From assembly GCA_964016885.1 (NCBI GenBank), contig OZ024742.1, positions 150,536,001 through 150,600,000 of the forward strand: a DNA stretch of 64,000 bases, given 5' to 3'. Below the pieces are notes generated by a model, which made no database searches, was not told the DNA's origin, and worked only from the letters and a program-made list of their open reading frames with translations. Below, piece after piece: positions 40,522 through 54,317 of the stretch. Source of the DNA: Eledone cirrhosa (lineage: Eukaryota). The first letter of the stretch is position 1. Each line of letters starts with the position of its first letter. A program made the position numbers and the translations under genes.

Positions 40522-40860
40522 GTTTGAATTTGTAAAGCCAAAACAATGCAGGTATGGACATAGAATAAAAAATAAAAATGCAAAAGATATTGTTGACAAT
40601 TAGTCTTTTACCTTAGATTTATTTAAATGTCCTTAATTTTCGAGATAATATCTCTTCTTCGGAGGGAAGTAAAGCGGTGCAAGCTATTTAGAACACTGGT
40701 TTAACCGCTTTACTTCCCTCCGAAGAAGAGATATTATCTCGAAAATTAAGGATATTTAAATAAATCTAAGGTAAAAGACTAATTGTCAACAATATCTTTT
40801 GCATTTGTATTTTTTATTCTATGTCCATACCTGCATTGTTTTGGCTTTACAAATTCAAAC
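40522..40860. repeat. Fold-back with 157-bp arms (40522-40678 / 40704-40860) and an HHR-like core
   Basis: Near-perfect inverted repeat. CCGAAGA A GAGAT-att-ATCTC GAAA in each arm. Confidence 0.85.
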
Positions 40861-41026
40861 TTTTATACCTCATTACACAATGCTTCAAGTGAACTATAAC
40901 TTCCTCCATATATATATATACACACGCACACACACACGCACACACACACGCACAAACACACGCATGCACAAACACACGCACGCACATACACACACACGCA
41001 CGCACACACACACACACACACACACG

Positions 41027-41109
<83 letters not shown>

Positions 41110-41513
41110 TTAAATCAAGAATATAACAAAAACCATTCTATTTTTGCTTGACAATTCTTCAACTCCAAATGTTTTCACTCACCACCACAGTTTTTCACAT
41201 CTATCACTACATAAGCAGTGAAACAAACAGACAAAAGCACAAACACATACATAGACACATGCACACACGCACACACCCAACCACTCCCGGAAAATATAAA
41301 AACACATAAAAATTAACAGCAATTTTAAAGCTTTTCTTTAAGAGCCTATAAAGAGCCACATTTTACGGACAGCTTATCTATTTACCGACACGCCAATCAC
41401 TTAAGCCACGTCCCTGACTAGATGGCAATTCCACTGCAGGCTGTTTTGTTAACAACCTGGAATTAGCTCTCGAATTCAGCCGTCGGGCCACAACAATATG
41501 TGTGTGTGTGTGT

Positions 41514-41580
<67 letters not shown>

Positions 41581-41622
41581 TGTGTGCGTGCGCGCGTGTC
41601 TGTGTATGTGCGTGCGTGTGTT

Positions 41623-41708
<86 letters not shown>

Positions 41709-41761
41709 CGTGTGTATATATATATGTATATATCGTTCGTTTCTGAATTTGTTTAGCAAAG

Positions 41762-41799
<38 letters not shown>

Positions 41800-41933
41800 G
41801 ACATAGTCACAGAGAAATACTGTATATATTTTATCTAATGATTCTTTGGATATAAAAGAAATAGGATTTCGCTTCAAGCATAGTTTTTTTCATTATGTAT
41901 AAATATTTCGTATCTCCAAAGAAATACAGTTTT

Positions 41934-42109
41934 AGGAAGCCGTAGCTATGCAAACACCGGGGGGCTAACGCCCTCTGGTGATGTCCATCGAAGGCCAGTT
42001 AAGCCTGAAATGCATAGACGGTTGTCCCCCTTACTTCTGCTGGACATCACCAGAGGGCGTTAGCCCCCCCCCCCCCCCATCCCTGGTGTTTGCATAGCTA
42101 CGGCTTCCT
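41934..42109 (+). repeat. Fold-back with a decayed HHR in the spacer
   Basis: Arms 41934-41987 / 42041-42109. GTC catcga AGGC-cagttaa-GCCT GAAA TGCA TA GAC. Confidence 0.65.
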
Positions 42110-42120
42110 TACATATATAT

Positions 42121-42545
42121 TTCGTTTCTGAATTTGTTTAGTAAGATTCTTTATCTGAAAACGTGTGTTGAAACCGATATTGTTATACTTTGGGAGGGTC
42201 ATGTTGCCAATAAGAAACACACGCACCAGTTGTTTCACTCCAATTTATTATTAATTAAATTATATATTTAAAAATTTATAAATTTCCGGTTGGTTCCTTG
42301 GTTCCACAACCGGACGGCTGTTCATATATTGTCAAAGTTCTTTCGTCACACATTCTGTGACCTCTTCAGTGACTGGGGATTCGTTTCTTTGTTTTTTGCC
42401 TCTCCTTTGTTCTGTCCTACGCCATGGCGTAGGACAGAACAAAGATAAATTTTTTAATTTATAATTTAATTTATAATAAATTGGAGTGAAAGCAACTGGT
42501 GCGTGTGTTTCTTATTGGCAACATGACCCTACCAAAGTATAACAA
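42121..42545. mobile_element. Family B fold-back copy in (TA)n
   Basis: Terminal inverted segments 42179-42275 / ~42445-42545, an inner palindrome around 42423, and an HHR on the minus strand. Confidence 0.75.
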
Positions 42546-43122
42546 TATATATATATGTATATAAGTACTGTATATATATATATATATATACAGACGTACA
42601 GTAGTATGTATATACATACATGCACACATATGTATGTATGGGTTTACCGAACACGATAAATGGAAAAAATGAAATTTCATTTCTCACTCTTAGTTTTCGG
42701 TACGCCCGGCCGACTAATTCACTCGATATGCAAATTAGGCTGCTCAGTCGTTAATATGCATAAGGAAAATATATACTTTCAAACGTTCAATCGACTGACA
42801 GGAAGGTGTTGATGACAGCTAATAAGCTAGAAACTAGTTCATCGTTCCTTTGTCAGTGTTGAACAAAAGGGCAACGATGGTTGCCGAACACTGTACGGCT
42901 TAATTCGGGCTGTTTGTTTACAAACAAACCGAGCATTATAATAAATGTTCGGTAAACCCATACGTACATATATATATATGTGTGCATGTATGTATGTATA
43001 TACATACTATTGTACGTCTGTATATATATATGTATGTACGTATACATACTTATATTTAGGTATCGGCCGTACTAAGAGTGAGAAATGAAATTTCATTTTT
43101 TTCATTTATATGTATATATATA

Positions 43123-43278
43123 CAGTGAAATTCTGTTATAACGAAATTCACGGGTATAAAAAATATTCTTTATACCGGGATCGCTTCAACACGCCGAGCG
43201 TGTGGCCGGGGATTGAAAAAATTTCGTTATACTGAAAAATTCATTATAATCGTATTCGTTATAACGGAATTTTACCTG
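43123..43278. mobile_element. pogo/Tigger-like MITE
   Basis: TA|CAGTGAAATTCTGTTATAACGAA ... TTCGTTATAACGGAATTTTACCTG|TA. Confidence 0.75.
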
Positions 43279-43555
43279 TATATGATGTATTGTTTTTGTT
43301 TATGCCACGAAACTACGTAGTCGAGGAATCTAGGAGCAGTTTAGGTATGATACATTTTATTACTAATTATATCTAAATGTTTCTTCTCTCTTCATAATGT
43401 ATTTTTAACTCTGATACTGGTTCAGTCTAGTTCAACCGGATTTGTCTGTCCCAGTCATTCATTGAGCAACATCGGTGAAGTTGGCACCCTTAACTCACGG
43501 TTGGGTGCGGATGCATTCATGTATATGTGTGTGTCCGCATGTATCTGTGTGTTTC

Positions 43556-43600
<45 letters not shown>

Positions 43601-43722
43601 TAAACTCGCACCCTACGTAAACCCCTTGTTGAGTCAAACAACGCCGTATGGTAAAGTTATCCATAATACGAAATATTCACAACCTCTAACTGGATTACCT
43701 ATAACGATATTTTGTTATCCCT

Positions 43723-43816
<94 letters not shown>

Positions 43817-43845
43817 TATGTATGTATGAATGTTTGTATGTATGT

Positions 43846-44435
43846 ACTACTGGTAACATATATCCCAGTACAACCTGTCTCATGGTCGAGTCGTTGGCGA
43901 CTAAACTGGCAACCGTACCAAGGTTTCTTGGTGAGGAGGGTGACTTTGGACATCCTGTAGGACTAAAAACAAAACCTGTCAAAGGGCAAAGGAGCTCTTA
44001 AGAGTCAATGTCCATCCAAAATCACCGGGAGAGATCACCCCTTAGCCTTTGTCAAGGCAGAATTCTAGGAGAAGGAAAACTCGGATATAACACCTGCAAC
44101 CCTGATGGTATCCAATGATGTTGACTTGTTCTTCTTTTTGGTAAATATCATCTTGGTTAAGAGAGTGGGACTGGCTTTGTGCATTACCTTTGCTCACTAT
44201 AAAAGCTTCACGTCACAGGCATTGCTTTATATCTGGAGATCTCTCTGCACTTGTCGTCACATGGAACCATGGGTCCAGCACTATGTGTCAATAATTGTCA
44301 CAAGTGTAGTGTTTGTACCAGAGTTTTCAAGTCGCTGGCTAGACTAAAAAGTCACACTCGTTCAGCGCATCGGTAGGGGTTCTCCTACATGGATATAAAG
44401 TAGTGGCCGTACTCGAAAACGAGTTGGCAGCCACC
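43846..44435 (-). mobile_element. Family D copy in (TATG)n
   Basis: Near-identical to 60473-61080. Confidence 0.85.
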
Positions 44436-44952
44436 ATGTATGTATGTATGTATGTAGAAATCCTATTGTTATAAGGCTCCACATAGCTACGACCTCTCCA
44501 GCCCACATACACACGGGTACGCTCATATATACGCCACTATATAATCCAGAAATAATCCTTAGATATATGTGTTAATACAAGTTCTCATATTTTGACTCAT
44601 CTCTAACAAGTATTTATTTATATTATTGTCATTGTTATCCCTGTCATCATGCTTTCATGCAATCACCACCAGGTGTATGTCTGCTCCTGAACCAGGTGTA
44701 AGCATTGTACTTTGTGTGTGTATAATTATGTTTTTTATGTTACATTGTTGTACTCATGCTCCGTTATGGAACTTCATTGTTTTATACTTTTCATTGTTTT
44801 AGTCATTACGCCAGACTGCGGCCATGCTAAGGCACTACCCCAGATTACTCGATCGTGTCAACTAAAATATATATATATTTTCAAGTTCCCTACTTATTTC
44901 ATCAATCTGGTAAGTATCGAGATATAAAGAAACAGTAAACGTAAACGACCCA

Positions 44953-45180
<228 letters not shown>

Positions 45181-45712
45181 ATATATATATAGTATAAAGA
45201 AAACGAAAAATCAGGACTTAATTTATTGCGTGTTACAATTGTTTCGCCGGCAGGTAGCTTGAGACATGGTCCCTGTATGGATCTGGCTGATTCTACGGCT
45301 GGAGGTTCTTTCAGACACGGGTAGTTCGTCGGAGCAAATTTTATCACTGGAGTGTTATCATAAAAAAACACCCTCAAAAAACCCTCTTCCACTCTTGTCA
45401 TGCCATTGGCTGTTTTTACTCCACGGCATCACAAGTTCTGGTCAGTATTTACTGCTACACGGGTCATCCGCCATTTTCCGTCCGACACACTTCAATGGAG
45501 TCATGCTGGGTTCAGTATCTCACACGTCTGTTCACATTCCGGGGTAAGCACCCACACATACGAATATACACACATATATACACACACATGCAGACACAGA
45601 CACATTCGTGCATACACACACGTACGCCTACATGCGTAGACACACACACCTCCACATACATACATATATGTATATATACACCTATGGAAGCACCATAGCT
45701 ACCATTATACAC

Positions 45713-45785
<73 letters not shown>

Positions 45786-46336
45786 GTCAGGTTGCTCTCG
45801 AGTGCTACTGGTAACTAACATATAACCCAGTACAATCTGTCTCATGGTCGGGTCGTCGATGACTAAACCGGCAACCCCACCAAGTTTGGTTGGTGAGGAA
45901 GGTGATATTTCGACACCCTGCGGGATGAAATACAAGACCAGGTAAAGGGCGGAGGAACTTAGGAACTCAGCAGAGTCAACGGCCATCCAAATAGTACTTT
46001 TTTTAAATTTTATTTCTTTTTTCACCTGGGAGTGAAAGTCTCCCAGTTGTTGTCCCAACACCTTTCTAGGAGAAGGAAATACCGGAAAAAAACCTGCGGC
46101 TTCTGAAGCATCCGATGATGTTGACAATTTCTCCTGTTCGGGTAGTGTTTTCGATGCTCAGAGAGTGGGATTGGTCGTGTGCAAGGCATTTCCCCATTTA
46201 AAAAACCTTCAAAGCATAGGCATTGCTTGTTCAGGATATGTTACAGGTTCGTGTGGCTGGCCGTACCCTAAAGGGGCACCAAATTCTATAATCTGACAAG
46301 CGATTGCAATACTTTTAGTAGAGTGTGCAGCCATCA
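45786..46336 (-). mobile_element. Diverged family D subfamily copy
   Basis: Same termini (TGTCAGGT.. / ..GCAGCCATCAT). Interior matches 60010-60235. Confidence 0.7.
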
Positions 46337-46672
46337 TATATATATATACAGTATATGGTATAACAAGTTATCGTTTTAGGTAATCCAGTTAGAGGTTGTG
46401 AGTACTCTGTACTATGGATAGTTTTAACGTACGGCGTTGTTTGACTCAACAAGAGGTTTCCTTAGTTAGGTAGCGAGTTTGCGAGAATTCCCATACAGAT
46501 TATTCTTAGAGTAATAATAGTGAAAGAGTGAAGTATAACATGGTCGGCTGTACAAAAGGGGTTTTATTTACAGTATTAACAATTGTTTCATTGTGTTGGT
46601 GAGTCTAAAGGCCGCTGATCACTCGAAATTGCGTCATTCGACCTTAAATACAGTGTCTGTCTCTGATCAAAT

Positions 46673-46768
46673 CATCGGAATACTGGAGGGTGTAACACAT
46701 GGCACTGATATTTATAGATACATCTATAAATACCAGTGCCATGTGTTACACCCTCCAGTATTCCGATG
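46673..46768. repeat. 96-bp near-perfect palindrome
   Basis: 47-bp arms, 2-nt loop, one mismatch. Confidence 0.95.
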
Positions 46769-46839
46769 GGAAACAGGAAGACGATACATTGTTTCGTGAA
46801 GACATTCTCTGGTGATGGACGAAAAATATGAGAGGATAA

Positions 46840-47022
46840 TATTGGCAGTATCGGTAGAGGGTCGGACGCCATGCTTTCCAGCATAGTTACGTCCCTTTAC
46901 GGTCTGAGTTCAAATCCCGTCGAGGTTAACTTTGCCTTTCATCCTTACGGGGTCGATAAAATAAAGTACCAGTAATGTACTGGGTATTTGCTGGCCTTGT
47001 ACCAAAAAGTAGAAACAATTAT
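46840..47022 (+). mobile_element. SINE family 1
   Basis: Full consensus match. Confidence 0.9.
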
Positions 47023-47035
47023 GTAATTATCCTCG

Positions 47036-47135
47036 CAGAACCCAACGAAATTTAAGTACCTGTTTATGCCACTGTTGTAATTAGTTTTACTAAATTCGTC
47101 CTATGGTCTGAATGCTCTTACTCTTGGATATTTCG
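47036..47135 (-). mobile_element. CRE-type LINE 3' UTR fragment
   Basis: Resembles 55116-55215. Confidence 0.6.
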
Positions 47136-47159
47136 AACAAACTTTTACTACAGTATATA

Positions 47160-47446
47160 TCTAAGTCTAAAGTCTGTCTTAAGCCAGAAGGTTCATTTGG
47201 CCAGTGCTTATCCCGGTTTCTAGGCGTGAAGCGACTGATAGTACAAGACTCCCCCCTGTATAGGACGCCAGTCCATCGCAGGGTTAAACCTCCAGCTATT
47301 GCTGGTACTCATTTTCAGCTGAGTATACTGGAGTAACATGAAATGATGCGCTTTGCTCAAGAACACAACACATAACCAAGGAATCGAACCCACGACATTA
47401 TGATCGTAACACCAACACCCTTACTACTAGGCCACGTGCCTCCACT
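47160..47446 (-). mobile_element. CORE-like SINE family 2
   Basis: GTGGCCTAGTAGTAAGGG, B-box GGTTCGATTCC, GTGTTCTTGAGCAAAGC. Confidence 0.7.
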
Positions 47447-47614
47447 TGTATATATATTTTTTTCCGACTTCAGATATGTGGGGAGTTTGAACTCCCCACC
47501 CTTCTTCCTTTAAAAGATGAAAAGGAGACGATAGCGAAGAGAGAGAAAAACCGGAAGAGAAAAAAGAGAACTCCCTTACTACTTCCGTTTCCTTCGTTTT
47601 TCTCTCTCTCTCTC

Positions 47615-47647
<33 letters not shown>

Positions 47648-48072
47648 TTCTTTACGTCCGTTCTCACCGAGAACAGACGTGCTCCTCTTAGCTCTCTCGC
47701 TGTTAAGGCCTCTGGGCTTAAACCAAGCTGCCTTTCTTAACTTCATTCTTTCTCCCTTGGTTACTCTACATACATGTGCCACTGTCTGGTGTCTCCCCCT
47801 CTCTATTGGTATGTTTTTTCTTTTTTTCTCTTTTTTCTCTTCTTTCTTTCTCTTCTGGATTTTTCTCTCCCTTCGCTATCGTGTCCTTTTCGTTTTTTCT
47901 TTCCTTAATAACTTTCTAAGTTATTATCGCACTACGGCTAGATGTCTTTAATGCATCGAAACATCCGAGACCCTCAGCAGACAACTGAAGAGGGGAAATG
48001 TCTATCTTTATGTTTGTGTTTCCTTCATGCACTACACTCGTTATTTGTAACCACACAGCCTTGCCCCTTTCA

Positions 48073-48166
<94 letters not shown>

Positions 48167-48185
48167 CTATATATATATATATATA

Positions 48186-48353
48186 AAGGTAGAAACCTGA
48201 AAGGCAATATCCGCAGTGGTAGAGCACCCAGTCCATGGGACGAGTTTGGTAGAAGTAATAACACAACAGTTAGTTCACCACACCGAGAACAAGTGTTTCA
48301 CCTTATGCGGATCTTCAGCTTGGAGTCCGAGCTGAAGATCCGCTTGTTACTAC

Positions 48354-48356
<3 letters not shown>
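48186..48356 (-). mobile_element. Family C copy with a short fold-back, in (TA)n
   Basis: CTGAAGA TCCGCATAAGGT GAAA CACTTG TT CTCGG on the minus strand, with a hairpin at 48307-48343. Confidence 0.7.
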
Positions 48357-48390
<34 letters not shown>

Positions 48391-48606
48391 TATATACATA
48401 TATATATAACATATATATATATATACATATATATATAACAAAAGATCAAACAGCGAGAGAGAGAAGTAAAATGCGTCATCTCCGCACCACATCACGGCTA
48501 GAAAGGACAACAAAAACCCTAGAACTCCGGAAGTGGCAAGCAAGAGCGGTGGGTAGAGAAAAGGAGAAGAGAAGAAAAAAAGCAGCAAGAAGGAGAAGGG
48601 AAACGT

Positions 48607-48686
<80 letters not shown>

Positions 48687-50610
48687 AGGGAAGAAATAGC
48701 CAACGAACCTCAGTCCACGGTATCCGTCTGAAATAGAAAGCTAATATAGCTGTTATAAAAATAGTTTTTTCGAAGATCGAGTTGGAGCGCGAATGTAATA
48801 TTGTCGTCCTTTATAGTGGCAAATTGTGCTGAGGGTACGCATTTTACTTCTCTTTCTCTGACTTGTTTGTCTGTTTACCTATTTTGTTCGTTTTATCACG
48901 CAAACTTCATACCGGCAGAAATATGTATTTTCTGTTGCACGAAACACCAAATTTATGTGGTCCACTCAAGAAAATCGTGCGAAAACACAGCCGGTCTGAG
49001 AGCTGAAGAAGTTAAAAGATGTGTATGTGATCTTGTCTCGTTCGTTTTTTTTCTTTGCTCTTTTCTTCCTTCTTTTCTTCACTTCTGCGGGCCAGCACAC
49101 TTCTAGCCGCTGATTTCTGTCATTAACGGCATTTTGCTGCTTTAACAGTTATTCTTGCGTTGAGTTTTTCTCATTATTCTGTGAATTCTAATATACTCGT
49201 GCTCAAACTCGAAATGGTAACGAAGGAGAGGTAGGAGGGCTCCCGAAAGGCTTGCCAAGTAAAGTGGTAAATATATGGGATCTTCTCTTTTACTGAACGA
49301 AGGATGACACCACGACTGATGGAATTGAAAGCGTTTCAGAGATCTAGTTTGGGATAACCTTTGGTGTCTCAGAATGCAAGTTGGTAAAAGTTCTGGTGGT
49401 GTGAGCGGCTTCCTCACAACCCTACTTGGTACCCACCCACCCTAGTTGAATAGGAGAAAATTTGGAGTAGAGGCAGTTTAAAATCGAGGACAGACACACT
49501 TTCTCGGTGAGCCGTTGCAGAGTTCACCCAACTGCTATGGGTAGAGGTCACCATTGGGCTTTGTGAGGCCAAACAGTTTATCTCACCTCCCCCAGGGGCG
49601 AGAACTGGATGAGGTTCTCCAAGAGCCATCATCTTCGGCCGACAAAGAGATACCATCTTTGAGGTACTGAGGTCGTAGACCACCAATCCCTGCCAAAACC
49701 CACAGGAAAGTATACAATCGCTTTCCTAAGGTTATCTGGGAGTGAAGACATGTTGTAAATAACCTGCTGGATCGAACCAGTGTAAATGGTCATCCGCAAG
49801 GACTGGATGTTTTTTTAAAAATAGTAACTTATCTTTAAAAAGATAGGGCGGCCATGGCTGGAACACATTTGTTCATAATTCTGATGGATCAACGATAACC
49901 TGAGGTTAAGTAATAAAAACAACACTAGTGAGAAAGTGTTCGCTTCAACAGTGAATATTATATTGTCGAATTGTCGACCTTTTGTTATAATCTCTGCTAT
50001 GACTCGTCAATAAATAAATAAATGAATAAATAAATATATGACATATCACAAAATGTTTCTTCTTGCTTAAGACTAAACATACCTGTAGGGGATTGCGAAA
50101 TTTTAACACAAATCTCTGCTGTGTTCATGTCTCTAAATAACAATAGATATTACAGAATACAAAAGATAATCTTTCCGTGGAATCAGATTAAACCACTATA
50201 AAAGAGAGAAGAAAAACAAATGATTACAAAATTACAAACAAACTAAATCTGTACATCATGAGAAAATATTTCATAAGCCAGTCATTACATTTTAATATTT
50301 TTTTTTATACTCATTTGAGTTTTTTTTTAGTTTTTCCCCATCCAAACTAAATATTTGTATCTATAAAGACACATTAATATATGTCTGATATCTGTCAGCT
50401 TTCGCAACAAGATGTGTGAAGGTGAGCTAAACTCCAGATAAACTCATTACTTTACTCTGCTTTGATTCACGCCTAAAATTATATATTTTCATTTTATTTC
50501 TTTAAATTCTTGGGAAAGGCACGAAAGTTATTTCCACAACAAACACTCATAGTAAAAAAAGGCCACTATCCATTTATGGATATTGTTGATAACGAACGGT
50601 AAAATAGGAA

Positions 50611-50678
<68 letters not shown>

Positions 50679-50933
50679 GTTTATATTCATAGAAATCTGG
50701 GACTTGTCTCTTTCTTCTCACTTTCTGTTGTTTAAACCATTTTGTTTGTTCACCCTAACGTTCTCTTTATTTACGTGTCCCAACGACTTTTTTTAGCCGT
50801 TGTTCGCACCAACCTGAGATATATGGCCCTTAAAGCGATGAAATGCCTAGGACGGTTGGAGGGTCACTGATGAAGGACTCACTTTTTCATATGTAACCCA
50901 TTTGCAACGCCGCAGCTCCATTATTATCATATT

Positions 50934-50976
<43 letters not shown>

Positions 50977-51038
50977 GTGAGGTCTTTTTTACAAAATGAA
51001 AAATAACCGAGGTGTCCTACACGAGTGAAAGTATAAAT

Positions 51039-51184
51039 AAAAAAAGATGAAATCGAAAATGCAACTGGAGTCTTATTTAAAAAAATATATATATATTTAT
51101 TTGGTTCCAAATAAAAGCCACTCCAAAATATATATATATTTTTTTAAATAAGACTCCGGTTGCATTTTCGATTTCATCTTTTTT
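51039..51184. repeat. Fold-back with ~60-bp arms between TA tracts
   Basis: AAAGATGAAATCGAAAATGCAACTGGAGTCTTATTT and its reverse complement. Confidence 0.85.
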
Positions 51185-51339
51185 CTTATATATATATATA
51201 TATATATATTCATTAGTTAAGCAAAACAAGACCACAAATTTCACAAGAAAGACATTATTAAAAGATTTTCAACATATTTTAGTTTGATGTAGGAATGTAG
51301 AGAATAATAATAATAATAATATTAATAATAATAATGTCC

Positions 51340-51459
51340 GTTTACAATTGTTTCGCTACTCCATATAATATGTCTGGATCAGATGACTATATATCATAAT
51401 TGATCTGGTTCAGTTGAAAATAATTAACATATTTAAAAAACAGAGTGGCTCATCGGAAC
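51340..51459 (-). ncRNA. pLTR hammerhead motif with variant core and expanded stem II
   Basis: GTT CCGATGA GCCACTC..~80 nt..GAGTAGC GAAA CAATTG TA AAC. Mirror copy at 54562-54681 (+). Confidence 0.6.
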
Positions 51460-51823
51460 TTCAAAGGAATATAAATTAAAATAATGGGATAATGTTACAT
51501 AATATAATGTTCCATATATTGGTTTTTACTATGGTGTCAGTTGTCAGCCATAATCAAGCAGTATTCATCTGTCGAGGCTGCATTGTGTGAGATCTGCCTA
51601 TGGGTAACAAGATGGCTGCCAAAGGGCATATTTACCTTACTAATTAGAGGGTGGTTTCAGGGGAAGTAACTTCTCGAGAGATTAGAAATTGTGAGTGTTT
51701 ATAGTTAAGTGCTAATTTTTTAATTTTTTAATTGAGAGACAATGTAGGGGAGGTAACTTATAATTATCGAGTTGTTCATAGCAATTTAACTTATTAGCTA
51801 CAAGTAAAAATGGGCCTACATGA

Positions 51824-54317
51824 CTAAGTTGGGTCAAAAATTGTATTGGCGAAGGAATTAGCCCTTCGATATTGACAGCTAATGGTTACCTCCCTTCTAT
51901 CGTTAATCGGTAGAGGTCGTGATAGAGTTATGTAATATGCTTCCGTAATACAGAGATCACAAGATTTTCTTCGTCCATTGAACGGTTGGGCCCTAGCCAC
52001 GATATCCCATTTTAGTGAGTGTTGAACGTTGTTTAATTTAAGGTTTTTAATTAGCCTAGCTAGCGATGTCGAACATCTGTTGCTAGGGTCTCGGTAGGAA
52101 AAAGAGTGCGCGTTATAGCGTACCTTAAAAGGGTTAGAGGTAGACCCGATATAAGAGCTGGTATTCGAAGCAGTCTCAACCGTGCACCTATAGACTATGT
52201 TGGGTGTCAGGCAGTGTTCATTTAATGGGCATGCATTGGGGTAACGGCAGTTGCAGTTGCTTCTGCGGTTAGTGAGAGTAGGGTTGTTTAACCTTAGCGG
52301 TAGGTCCGTGCTAGAAGGATTAGATGGGGGAGGTGTGCTACTAGAGTAATTATTGGTGTAGTGGCGTGGTGTATTTGATAGGGGTGGTGGTACCGCGGTG
52401 TGGGAGTTATACTGTCTTAGCTTATGATGGTTACTGAACGCGATGTGGCTAGCTAGGTTAGGTGTTGTGGAGAATGAGATTTTAATGTTATTTTTATTAA
52501 AGAGTTTGTAATATCTATGGTTGGGGGGGGGATATGATAGAGAAGAAGCGTTTGGGGATATTAGTGGCTAGATTAAATGAGAATGGGGGGGTTGAGCGAG
52601 GTGATATTTCTAGGTCTATTCTTTCTAGGGGTTCTAGTGGAGTTGGTAGGAGCCTTCCTAGGGTTATTATTACCTGGGGATTTGTTATTTGTCATCCCAT
52701 TTCTCATTCCTATTCTAGGGTTGATTTTTAGTTTGCTACTTGGAGTGGGGAGCAGGCCGCTGCCACCATTAAAGTTCTCTGTATAGGTGCTGTTACTGCT
52801 AAAATTCCGGCGAATCTGGCTATACGCTAAGGTATTTCTAGTTCTAGTGTTACGTTTATTATGGTGAGTTGCTGTGTTATGGCAGTTAGGTATGTAATAA
52901 ATTGATTGTTTATAACCAGATTCAGAGAGAGCCTTATTATAATATTGTGCGTGGTGTATAAATATCTCCTCATTTTCTGATAGCATTGAGATCCTATAGG
53001 AGATAGATTTGATTACTGCTCTGATGACTGCCGGTGGGTGGTTAGAGTGTGGGCTAATATATGTGAGTATTTCACCTGGTTTATGGTAAGGGTTATAAAG
53101 GTTATTTTTGAGATCAAGGGTGACGTCTAGGAAGTTTACTACTTTATGGTTCGGCTCGATGGTGATAGAGAGACCGTTATTTTTAAAGAATGTAATTGTT
53201 TCTTTAGCAAATCGATTCCCCGATTAGTGCAATTGTGGACCGCAAATAGGGCGTCGTCCCTGTATATTCCGCCTTGCATGTGTTGGGTTTCGGCTCTGAT
53301 GTTACGTAATAGGTAAATCCCAACTAAATCGGTGATTTGCGCGGAGTTACTTGAGCCCATCGTAATGTCAAAGTTATCTGTTCTATCTTTTCTAGTCCAG
53401 AGTGCTCCGTTGAATTCAATGATAGTCTGCCTAGCCATAAGTATAATGTTAATCTCATTATTGGTTATGTCCGAGTTGGTGGTGGCTAGGGCTAGTGCTT
53501 TGTTGAGCAGTTCCGGGGTTATTGATGCGTAATAGCTGTCTATGTCAAATTGGATGAACCTCATAGATTGCTTGGACCTTAGATCGGAGAACCATCTGAT
53601 GACTTGGCCGGTGTTGGACCACAACTTGTAGGTGGTATCATCCCGTATACAAGGGATTATCCTATCAAGGATGTTCTTACTGATGCGGCCCAGGTCAGAT
53701 GTGGTTGGGCTTATGAGTCTAATGGATGGGTTCTCTATAAAGTTTGGCTTGTGATCCTTGAGAGAGAACCTTGGGGTTGTTGGTACATAAGGGTGGGTAA
53801 ATCTATCCAGATGCAAGTCCTTAACCAAAGCCTGGGCTTTTCGGTTAAGTACGTTTACACTGGAGGGTGTAGTTTTTTATAGTTTTTATTGAGTTCTTTA
53901 AGAAGGAAAGAGTTGTAAGTTTCAGGAGTCATGGTGTATAGATTTTTTAGTTTTGTCAGACATAACATGTAAGAGGTTGCTATCTTTAAATTGTTTTATA
54001 GTTGTTGCTAATGTAGTGAGGAAGTTATTCTTGTGTCTATAATGCTTTTTGAACTTAATGCTCCTGACGAAGTTGAATAGATCTTTCTCAAAAGGGTCCA
54101 GCAGGATGTTGTGTGGGGGGTTCTTGCATGTGGCAAATCCATATCTATTTGATGTACTTCCGGCGTCAGCAGCAGCCGCACGGTCAAAGTGGTACGCTTT
54201 CCATCTTATTCTTCGGATGAAGGAGTTGACACTCTGTATTAGGAGTTTGAGGTATGTCTTTCTGTCCGGGATAGGTATGGACTTAAGTGAGATTCTGAGT
54301 TCCTGTTTGCTCAACAT
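51824..54317 (-). pseudogene. PLE reverse transcriptase-GIY-YIG endonuclease ORF, frameshifted
   Basis: SLKSIP, RIRWKA, LKDHK, IRLISP, FDIDSYYASI, TMGS, IYRDD, NFLDV, SNHPP, CNCRYPNACPLNEHC, VYRC..YIGST..FKVRYNAH, CDLC. Confidence 0.9.

Noticed and set aside
42728-42735. Octamer motif ATGCAAAT
   Set aside because: Expected by chance in AT-rich DNA and lies inside a repeat.
50870-50900. Further HHR-like cores (also near 27725, 29518, 45300 and 47985)
   Set aside because: Missing GAAA or convincing stems; too decayed to call.
51824-52270. Selenocysteine recoding, as reported for some Naiad PLEs
   Set aside because: The linker cysteines I read are normal Cys codons, and I saw no in-frame TGA in the endonuclease region.
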